Shown here: positions 46,060-52,645 of the stretch, in pieces
Numbering within the stretch: the first letter of the stretch is position 1
How the letters are laid out: each line of letters starts with the position of its first letter
Source of the DNA: Acidobacteriota bacterium
GTDB lineage: Bacteria; Acidobacteriota; Vicinamibacteria; Vicinamibacterales; JAKQTR01
Assembly (NCBI GenBank): GCA_040752275.1
Contig: JBFMFH010000002.1
Span: 5,958-69,957 of the forward strand
DNA length: 64,000 bases
Reading direction: 5' to 3'
Translations under genes and position numbers: made by a program
Notes under the pieces: model-generated
Seen by the model: the letters and a program-made list of their open reading frames with translations, nothing else
The model's database searches: none
What the model was told of the DNA's origin: nothing

Positions 46060-46425
46060 ATGGTCGGCCCCGTAGCGCATCCGCCGCATGCGACCGGCCG
46101 CCTGGCCGACGTGCTCCAGCGCGTCAACCAGGTCTGGCTGAACGGCCCACCGACGCCCGAGCTCGTTCCGGCTCCGCCCGTGTCGCGCCGTGAACGCCCC
46201 GCGTTGAGGACGATCGGCCGTTGGCAACTGTTCATGGGCCGGCCGGCCACGGGGCGAGACATCGGGCCGGCGTTCCGACACGTGCGGGCGCTTCGAGATC
46301 GGGACCTCGTGGAGCGTCGACGGCTGGCGCTCGTGCGTCCGCTGTCCGACCTGTATCGTCAGCGCGTCGACGAGATCGTCCGTCAGGCCACCATCGACCT
46401 GCTCGCCGACCAGGAGACATTCTAG
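46060..46425 (+). CDS. hypothetical protein (island)
   Basis: ATG lies 2 nt after the upstream stop. GC3-rich. No family recognised. Confidence 0.4.
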   Translation: MVGPVAHPPHATGRLADVLQRVNQVWLNGPPTPELVPAPPVSRRERPALRTIGRWQLFMGRPATGRDIGPAFRHVRALRDRDLVERRRLALVRPLSDLYRQRVDEIVRQATIDLLADQETF

Positions 46426-46832
46426 CAGGCCGGGAGTCCCCCGGCTCTGCCGGGGTGGCAGCCAAAGTTTGACGTTTCCGGGAGTGTGTCCACCGGTGGA
46501 TGCCTCCAGCGTGAGCCGCCAAGCGCACGGGTGGAAGCACCGTGGTGGACACGCGATGAGTCTGGTTCACCGGGTCGGGAAGCGCAAGTCACGCGGTGAC
46601 GCTGGACCTCGGCGCTGGGAGTCCGCACGCGTTGCGCGAGGTGCCATGGGGCGCGCCCCGTCAGCCGGGGAGTCGCGAGTTCGCGGCGTTCTTCGGCCGC
46701 TTTGAGCGGCCCCGGAATGACAGCCCCCGACTTTGCCGGGGGATTGTTACCTGATCGAGTCGTGCCGGTCAGGCTCACTCCACCTGATCGGGCGAGCGGA
46801 CTGCGGCCCTTTTCACCTGAGTGAGTGACACC

Positions 46833-47196
46833 ATGCGCACCGACCCCAAGCCGCAAGTTCGCACTTGCCTCGATTGCGGTCGGCGCTTTGAGATCAGCGT
46901 CGACGAGTAACGATTCCTCCGAGAGCGTGAGACGGCCGATGGGCTGCCGTGGGAATTGCCCGCGCGGTGTTTCGAATGCCAGCATGAACGGCGCCGCGCG
47001 TTGCAACGCATCAGCGCGGACGCGGAGGCGAAGGACTACCGCTTCAGGTGCGTCAACCTGCTCGGCGGCATTCGTCTTCACGGCGGATGATGTCGAGCAC
47101 TTTCGTGCGCGCGGTCACTGCTAGCCAAAGCGGTGCCCGGCCTGTCGCGTGGCGCGCCGATCGTCGACACCCGTTTCGACAAGGAGCTCATCGTGA
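46833..47196 (+). pseudogene. double CxxC...CxxC zinc-ribbon protein, inactivated (TAA, +1 frameshift, TAG)
   Basis: MRTDPKPQVRTCLDCGRRFEISVDE-TAA(46908)-RFLRERETADGLPWELPARCFECQHERR...CVN / frameshift / CSAAFVFTADDVEHFRARGHC-TAG(47122)-PKRCPACRVARRS. The final TGA overlaps (GTGA) the next gene's start. Confidence 0.55.
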
Positions 47197-47567
47197 ACGT
47201 GAATCAGCCGTTTCCCCCAAAGTATCTCCGGCCGGCGGACGTGGGCGACACGTCGCCCGCCGTGACCATCGAGCGCGTCGAGGTCGAGGAAGTCGGGCGA
47301 ACGAAGGAAGTCAAGCCGGTCGTGTACTTCGCCGGCAGGACGAAGGGGTTGATCCTCAACCGGACGAACGCCCGGAAGATCGAAGAGCTTGTCGGCTCCG
47401 CCGAAACCCACGACTGGCCGGGGAATCGCATCCGGCTCTGCGTGTCTGCCGTCGAGTTCGGCGGCGAGACGGTCGACGCGTTGCGCATCAAGCCGGCGGG
47501 GCCGTCCGCGGCGATGGCGCCGACACCGCCCGTGCGACGGCCCGCCCCGGCTGACGACGTGACGTGA
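47193..47567 (+). CDS. phage-type small hypothetical protein
   Basis: AAGGAG is 6 nt before GTG 47193. PPKYLRPADVGD...VVYFAGRTKGLILNRTNARKIEELVGSAETHDWPGNRIRL resembles small conserved prophage proteins (from memory). Confidence 0.55.
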   Translation: MNVNQPFPPKYLRPADVGDTSPAVTIERVEVEEVGRTKEVKPVVYFAGRTKGLILNRTNARKIEELVGSAETHDWPGNRIRLCVSAVEFGGETVDALRIKPAGPSAAMAPTPPVRRPAPADDVT

Positions 47568-47611
47568 CCGCCGATGACATTCCGTTCTGACCTGACAGGA
47601 GGCTGCCAGCT

Positions 47612-47860
47612 ATGGCTCGACGACGACAGACCGCCAACCTGATCCGGGAGAGCCGGGTGCTCGCCCGCGGCGCGGCGCACGTCCTGGACGTGCTGAAGGC
47701 GTAGCATCCCGATTGCGACGAGGCCCGCGTGGCGCTCAAGTGCGTGCTGGAGTTCGAGGCCGAGCTCACGGAGGCGGCCGACCGCCTGCCGGCCCCAGCG
47801 CCTCGTAGGGACACGGCCGGATCCAGCCACGCTAACAGCCACGCCACCGGACCATCGTAG
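47612..47860 (+). pseudogene. small ORF with a strong SD, interrupted by an in-frame TAG at 47702
   Basis: AGGAGG is 8 nt before ATG 47612. MARRRQTANLIRESRVLARGAAHVLDVLKA-TAG-HPDCDEARVALKCVLEFEAELTEAADRL..., and coding-like character continues past the stop. Confidence 0.3.
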
Positions 47861-47975
47861 CGTGGCGCCCGAAGTGGAGTGTCCGGCGAGGTCTCCCGCC
47901 GCGGCTGTCGTGGCCGAGCGCGGCGGAGACGGGGGACTTGACGCGCATAAGGAAACCGCTTTATGCTCTGCTGTG

Positions 47976-48158
47976 ATGGCGCGTAAGCTGACGAACTTCT
48001 GGATCGATGCGGACCTGGCGGCCGGGCTGCACGACGTGAAGAACCGTGAGGGGATTCCGGTCGGAGAGCAGATCCGGCGGGCCGTGCGCGCGTGGCTGAT
48101 TGAGAAGCGCGTCATCAAGGCGGAGCGCAAGCGGGCGGGCACCCGCCGGCGCTCCTGA
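47976..48158 (+). CDS. ribbon-helix-helix (CopG-like) DNA-binding protein
   Basis: MARKLTNFWIDADLAAGLHDVKNREGIPVGEQIRRAVRAWL shows a beta-strand, helix, helix pattern. 60 aa. Confidence 0.55.
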   Translation: MARKLTNFWIDADLAAGLHDVKNREGIPVGEQIRRAVRAWLIEKRVIKAERKRAGTRRRS

Positions 48159-48240
48159 ACCGTCAACCTGCGCGAGACAGGCTGGCGATCTGCGGGTGAT
48201 TCTACCAGCAGCCCGCCGGCCTCCGTCCCGGGAGGCCCGA

Positions 48241-48459
48241 ATGGCAATCCTACGACTGCGTACGACCTGGGCGTCGATCCGACGCCTGCCCGAAGACACC
48301 CTCCGCCGTTGCGAAGGCGCAACCCGCTTGCACAATGAGGCGTTGCTCTCCGAGATCGGGCTCGAGCTCGGCGCGGTGCCGGACTGGCTGATCCTCAATC
48401 GGGCGCTGCTGGCGCTCCAGTCGGAGATCCGGGAGGCGCGCGTCTTGGGGCTCGAGTGA
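48241..48459 (+). CDS. hypothetical protein (72 aa)
   Basis: GGGAGG is 6 nt before ATG 48241. Confidence 0.45.
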   Translation: MAILRLRTTWASIRRLPEDTLRRCEGATRLHNEALLSEIGLELGAVPDWLILNRALLALQSEIREARVLGLE

Positions 48460-48495
48460 TGGCCGGTTTGGGCCGTCCACTCAACGTGAGAAGGC

Positions 48496-49161
48496 TCACC
48501 CGGCGTCGAGTCTTGATATGATCAGTTCCCGTGTGAGGTCAATTGCGGCGCGCACGTCTTCAACCTCAAACTCGTCCCACTGTGCGTGCGTTGCCTTTGT
48601 GCGAACGTCGGCGGCAGCGCGAGCGCGCTTCGCCTTCACAGCCGAGAGATCGCCTCGAGAAGCGAGCTCCGAGATCAGGCCATCAAGCTTCCGGTCCTTC
48701 TCGATGAGGCCGGCCTTGCGGCAGGCGCGGCGAAGCACATCCTCAAACACGACACCCGCGATTACACCCGCCTCGTTCTTTCGAGATGCCTCGAGGTAGG
48801 CGTCTGCGTGATCCAGGAAGTCATCAAGAGTCTCCGCCCGAGCACGATCGGCAACAGACGCGAGTAGTCCCGCATCGGCGTCGGCTGCCAGCGCCTGCAG
48901 CACGGCGGCAAGCTCACCAACCGCGTGGTTGACTTCAAAGGCGTGGTCTGCGGTCGCTATGCGATCGGCTTTCTGTCTATAGGGTGCTTCCGGGCTGGGG
49001 CAAACGAAATGAACAGTATTCTGCGCGGCTGTCAGCCAGGCGGAGCACGCTGCCTGCTGGTGTTGGTCAGTGCACTGGCCATACTGGTCACCGACAGCCA
49101 GACGTCCACTCTCGGCGAGGAGTTGCGCGATACGCTGGCGGACGACTTCTTCAATCGCCAT
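48496..49161 (-). CDS. hypothetical protein with a C-terminal HEPN-like (Rx4H) helical domain
   Basis: RTKATH motif is encoded at 48586-48603, within ...GVVFEDVLRRACRKAGL...LISELASRGDLSAVKAKRARAAADVRTKATHAQW.... GGAG is 9 nt before ATG 49161, with an alternative GTG at 49191. Third gene of the operon. Confidence 0.6.
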   Translation of the reverse strand: MAIEEVVRQRIAQLLAESGRLAVGDQYGQCTDQHQQAACSAWLTAAQNTVHFVCPSPEAPYRQKADRIATADHAFEVNHAVGELAAVLQALAADADAGLLASVADRARAETLDDFLDHADAYLEASRKNEAGVIAGVVFEDVLRRACRKAGLIEKDRKLDGLISELASRGDLSAVKAKRARAAADVRTKATHAQWDEFEVEDVRAAIDLTRELIISRLDAG

Positions 49162-49236
49162 AGCTGGAAACTCCGATAGGCCAAGCGGCACCCTGCTTCA
49201 CGTCGTGAAGGAGTGGTCGGGCGCAGCGCGCTGTGA

Positions 49237-49941
49237 TCATGTGGCACCAGGCCGATCTCGGAAGTCGGGCCACTCACGCATGTGGCTCGCGACCCCATCA
49301 ATGGCGTTGGTCAGGATGCCCGCAAACCCAATTCTCGACGCGATTTCCTTCTCATAGAATGGAAGCTTCTTCGGATCAAAGATCGGGCCGAGATGGTGTG
49401 TCCCTCGGCCGATCAGGTCACCCATCGCGATGATGGTCGGATGACTCATCTTGTTGTAGAAACGCTTCGCCTGTGTAGCCACCTCGAGCGCTTCTCGGTT
49501 CAGGCCGAGTTCCTCCGAACGCTTGACGAGCAGGTCTATCGACCTATGAACGGGAAACCGACCTAACCACGCCCGCTGCCGGTACGGCCAGTCGTACTTC
49601 GCGAAGAGGAAGGCCGAGGCAAGAGCCTCCAACGCCTGCCTCTGCGCTCCTCCCGCCATGGTGATGTGCTCGAGGATCAGGAATCTCATCGACAGGAGCA
49701 TCCGAGCCACGACCGTGAAGAGCGCCCCGACAACGGTGGCGCTGTCCTGGTCCCTCGCGAACGTGCTCTCGAACGTTCGCCATCGGTCGTAGACTTCCGC
49801 CGTGGCGGTCTCGAAGCTACTCACTTGAACCTGAAAGTGCTCCAGGAACAGGCGTTCTGTCTCTTCGTCCTGTCGGCCGCGGAGCGCAGCCTGCACTGCG
49901 GCAAGCGCGGACTTGTCCAGCATCGGTTCGTCGTCTGCCAT
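49237..49941 (-). CDS. hypothetical protein (234 aa); faint resemblance to AbiV/DUF5677-type helical proteins
   Basis: Middle gene of the operon. ...HITMAGGAQRQALEALASAFLFAKYDWPYRQRAW...RFYNKMSHPT. Local G+C is low (27 of 60 at 49321-49380). Confidence 0.55.
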   Translation of the reverse strand: MADDEPMLDKSALAAVQAALRGRQDEETERLFLEHFQVQVSSFETATAEVYDRWRTFESTFARDQDSATVVGALFTVVARMLLSMRFLILEHITMAGGAQRQALEALASAFLFAKYDWPYRQRAWLGRFPVHRSIDLLVKRSEELGLNREALEVATQAKRFYNKMSHPTIIAMGDLIGRGTHHLGPIFDPKKLPFYEKEIASRIGFAGILTNAIDGVASHMREWPDFRDRPGAT

Positions 49942-49974
49942 GAACGATCTCGCGCTCGGATGACACCGCTGTGG

Positions 49975-50697
49975 CTACCGCATCGGCGGTCTACTCAGAT
50001 CGTCGGCCTCTCCTGTACGCGGCAACCGGCCGGACGATAGCACGGACCGGTAGCGCTCGATCGACTGCGAGAGCGCTTCAGAAGAGAGCGCACACTCCAG
50101 AAGCACCTCTTCGGCCCTCGCAAGGCCGGTGACACGATCCGGCTGCTCCAGGGCGGCCGCCAGCCTTCTTTGCATCGCGTCGCGGGCCGCCGTGTCGGTC
50201 GGCGCATGCCCCGGAGACGGCTTCCACGCGGCGGTGGCATTCGCGAGAATGCCCTTTCGAAGATCCCAATCGACCGTCACCGTAATCGGGCGCACCAGTT
50301 CCTCTCGGCGTGGCTTGGACACCCCGACGTTGTCTAGGAATCTCTCGAGGTCGTCCCGTCGCCGAAGCATCCTCTCTTGATGATCTCCACCAGCCCAACG
50401 GTTCTCAGACACGATACTGGCAGCCGAAAAGTCCGCCACCCCGATTGCGATGGTCTGGAGCTCCTCGGCCTTCGCGTAGATGTCTGACTTCGCCTGTTGG
50501 ATCTCCCGCAACGTCACGCGGAGGTTCTTAAGATCGAGCACCTGCAGCATGTCGATCCTTGAGATAGCCACAGCCAACAGCAGAGTTGAGACGACGAGCG
50601 TCGTGTACCAGCCGGATCCGAGAGAGCCTGATTGGAGCAGGTGGGTGAAAAGGGCCACGCCGCACACGCCGAGACAGATAGCGATTACGTTGGACAT
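49975..50697 (-). CDS. membrane protein: two N-terminal TM helices plus a coiled-coil/helical cytoplasmic domain
   Basis: VIAICLGVCGVALFTHLL and WYTTLVVSTLLLAVAISRI. GGGGGAGAG SD upstream of ATG 50697. First gene of the operon, adjacent to tRNA-Val. Confidence 0.6.
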   Translation of the reverse strand: MSNVIAICLGVCGVALFTHLLQSGSLGSGWYTTLVVSTLLLAVAISRIDMLQVLDLKNLRVTLREIQQAKSDIYAKAEELQTIAIGVADFSAASIVSENRWAGGDHQERMLRRRDDLERFLDNVGVSKPRREELVRPITVTVDWDLRKGILANATAAWKPSPGHAPTDTAARDAMQRRLAAALEQPDRVTGLARAEEVLLECALSSEALSQSIERYRSVLSSGRLPRTGEADDLSRPPMR

Positions 50698-50913
50698 CTC
50701 GCCGCTCTCCCCCTTTCGGTACGACGGCGCCCCCGCAGCCGGGACCGATGCTCAGGCCGGCCTGAAGGGGAGATGATTGCTTGGCACGTGCCGCCCGTCA
50801 AGCAGGTCCCTGCGCCGTCCTTTCACGCTGCACCACCATTGCACCACGGCCGGAACCACGGGTCCGTTGTCATTTGGAACGCGTGCCCGTAAGTGCTTCG
50901 TGTTCTAGGAGAA

Positions 50914-50960
50914 GCGTGGTGGGCGCTAGTGGATTCGAACCACTGACCCCCGCCGTGTGA
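50914..50960 (-). repeat. proximal att repeat (inside the intact tRNA-Val)
   Basis: Identical to 45628-45674. Confidence 0.9.
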
Positions 50961-50991
50961 AGGCGATGCTCTACCGCTGAGCCAAGCGCCC
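50917..50991 (-). tRNA. tRNA-Val (anticodon CAC), CCA encoded
   Basis: Hand-folded cloverleaf: acceptor GGGCGCT/AGCGCCC, D stem GCTC/GAGC, anticodon stem TCGCC/GGCGG with loop TTCACAC, T arm AGTGG-TTCGAAT-CCACT, discriminator A, CCA. Confidence 0.9.
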
Positions 50992-51075
50992 ACGCCAAGT
51001 GAGTAATCCAGTCTAGTAGATTCCTGCGCACCCGGGCAACTGATCGCAGGTTTGCAAGGGAGCCACCTCTCTCAC

Positions 51076-51930
51076 CTACTTGCGCAGCCCCGGAAGGCGG
51101 CGCCGGCCGGGCCCGTCGTACCAATGGTCCTTCGGGTCGATCTGCCGCATGGTCTTGTGACGGTCGCGCTCTTCGGCGGCGTGGGCCAGGAGCCCGGGCA
51201 CCCGAGCAATGATGAACAGGCCGTTGGCGATCTCGGGGGTGAACCCGAGATCGCCGCAGATGGCGGCGACGGCGCCATCGAGATTGAGGGGCAATGGCTG
51301 TGAAGCCCGTTCCGGCCTGGAGTTGAGCACGCGATCGACGACGCGCAGCAGCCGGCAGTGTTCGCCCTCGAGATCCAGCTCGTGCGAGAGCTGACAGAGC
51401 CGCGCGGCCCGCGGATCGCGCTCGTGAATACGGTGGCCGAAACCTGGCGGCGTCTCGCCCCGATCGAGGCAGTCGCTGACAATCCGGCCGGCCGCCCGAT
51501 CGTACGTGTCGCCGGCGCGCGTCAGCGCGAGGCCGAACTGCAGGAAGCGGAGGGCCGGCTCGATCCCGCTGCCGTGGTAGGTGCCGAATCCCATGATGCC
51601 CGCCGCCACGGCGTCCTTGAGCGGGGCGCCGGTGGTCGCGACGTTGCGGGCCGCAAGCGTTGATGGTGGCGACACGCCGTGGTCCAGCGACGCGACGAGC
51701 ACCGCGTCAAAGAGCCGGCCGATGGCCGGCGTGGGCAGTTCCCCGCGCAGCAGCAGGTAGATGGCCTCGCTGAAGCCGAGCCGGCCCATGAGTTCGTCGA
51801 CGGCGAAGCCGCGGATCTCGACTTCGTTTGGCGCGACGCGCGTGATGGCCGTGGGCCACTGCTCGGGCGAGCGGGGCCGGTCGGGTTCGCAACCAGGACG
51901 GCGGGCGCGGCGCGAAGTGGGTGCGTCCAT
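51076..51930 (-). CDS. short citrate synthase family protein (citryl-CoA lyase-like)
   Basis: GFGHRIHERDPRA motif. About 285 aa, which is much shorter than a true citrate synthase. ATG 51930 lies 23 bp after the upp stop. Confidence 0.7.
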   Translation of the reverse strand: MDAPTSRRARRPGCEPDRPRSPEQWPTAITRVAPNEVEIRGFAVDELMGRLGFSEAIYLLLRGELPTPAIGRLFDAVLVASLDHGVSPPSTLAARNVATTGAPLKDAVAAGIMGFGTYHGSGIEPALRFLQFGLALTRAGDTYDRAAGRIVSDCLDRGETPPGFGHRIHERDPRAARLCQLSHELDLEGEHCRLLRVVDRVLNSRPERASQPLPLNLDGAVAAICGDLGFTPEIANGLFIIARVPGLLAHAAEERDRHKTMRQIDPKDHWYDGPGRRRLPGLRK

Positions 51931-51952
51931 GCCGAGCTCCAGCGTTGGCAGG

Positions 51953-52573
51953 TCAGGTCCCGTACAGCCGGTCTCCGAAATCGCCCAGGCCCGGCACGAT
52001 GAACTTCCGCTCGTTGAGCCTGTCATCGACAACCGGCGTGTAGATGTCCACGTCGGGATGATGCGCGCCCACGAGCCTGATGCCCTCCGGGGCAGCGACG
52101 ATGCACACCATCTGAATCCGCGATGCGCCGGCCGCCTTCAGCAGATCGAGCGCCGCGACGGCGCTCCCGCCCGTCGCGAGCATCGGATCGATGATGAGCA
52201 CGTGGCTGTGCGGCAGGTCCGGGGGCAGCTTCGTGTAGTAGCGCGACGCGACCGCGGTCGACTCGTCCCGCTGGAGCCCGATGTGACCCACCCGCGCGCC
52301 AGGCACGAGTTCGAGGACCGCGTCGAGCATACCCAGGCCAGCTCTCAATACCGGCACCACCACGACGCTCACGGCGAGACGGCGCCCCGGGGCGTCCGAG
52401 AGCGGCGTCCGGACAGTGTCCGGCCGGACGGGGAGCTCCCGCAGCGCTTCGGCCACCAGCAGCACGCTGATACGGTTGGCCAGCCGGCGGAACGTATCGG
52501 GGTCGGTGCGCTCGTCGCGCAGAGAGAGCAGCGTGTCCTGCACGATGGGGTGGGAAACGATGTGGACGGGCAC
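51953..52573 (-). CDS. upp: uracil phosphoribosyltransferase
   Basis: (GTG)HIVSHPIVQDTLLSLRDERT and the PRPP loop LIIDPMLATGGS. TATAGT (52585-52580) is 6 nt upstream of GTG 52573. Confidence 0.9.
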   Translation of the reverse strand: MPVHIVSHPIVQDTLLSLRDERTDPDTFRRLANRISVLLVAEALRELPVRPDTVRTPLSDAPGRRLAVSVVVVPVLRAGLGMLDAVLELVPGARVGHIGLQRDESTAVASRYYTKLPPDLPHSHVLIIDPMLATGGSAVAALDLLKAAGASRIQMVCIVAAPEGIRLVGAHHPDVDIYTPVVDDRLNERKFIVPGLGDFGDRLYGT

Positions 52574-52579
52574 CGGGAC

Positions 52580-52585
52580 ACTATA
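52580..52585 (-). promoter_or_regulatory. -10-like TATAGT 6 nt upstream of the upp GTG (leaderless candidate)
   Basis: Minus strand reads gtgTATAGTgtcccGTGcac. Confidence 0.35.
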
Positions 52586-52633
52586 CACGAAGGCCGGGAT
52601 TCGGGATTCGGCCTTTCGCCGGGGCGCTCGCGG

Positions 52634-52639
52634 TAGAAT
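52634..52639 (+). promoter_or_regulatory. -10-like GGTAGAAT 6 nt upstream of ATG 52646 (leaderless candidate)
   Basis: cggTAGAATacagagATG. Confidence 0.35.
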
Positions 52640-52645
52640 ACAGAG

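Larger units (their letters stand above)
45628..50960. mobile_element. integrase-less genomic island / prophage remnant inserted at tRNA-Val(CAC), bounded by 47-bp direct repeats
   Basis: The identical 47-mer gcgtggtgggcgctagtggattcgaaccactgacccccgccgtgtga occurs at 45628-45674 and 50914-50960. The interior has pseudogenes, small phage-type ORFs and lower-G+C cargo. Confidence 0.8.

Noticed and set aside
46422-47081. 219-aa minus-strand ORF across the island's non-coding region and zinc-ribbon locus.
   Set aside because: It is antisense to a recognisable (though broken) zinc-ribbon gene, its translation is low-complexity, and it has no start context.
46908-47704. In-frame TAA/TAG codons considered as programmed readthrough or stop-codon reassignment.
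   Set aside because: TAG, TAA and TGA all terminate well-conserved housekeeping genes in this window (for example sucD ends with TAG at 6942-6944 and the HicB-like gene with TAA). A frameshift accompanies the stops in the zinc-ribbon gene, so pseudogenisation is the simpler reading.
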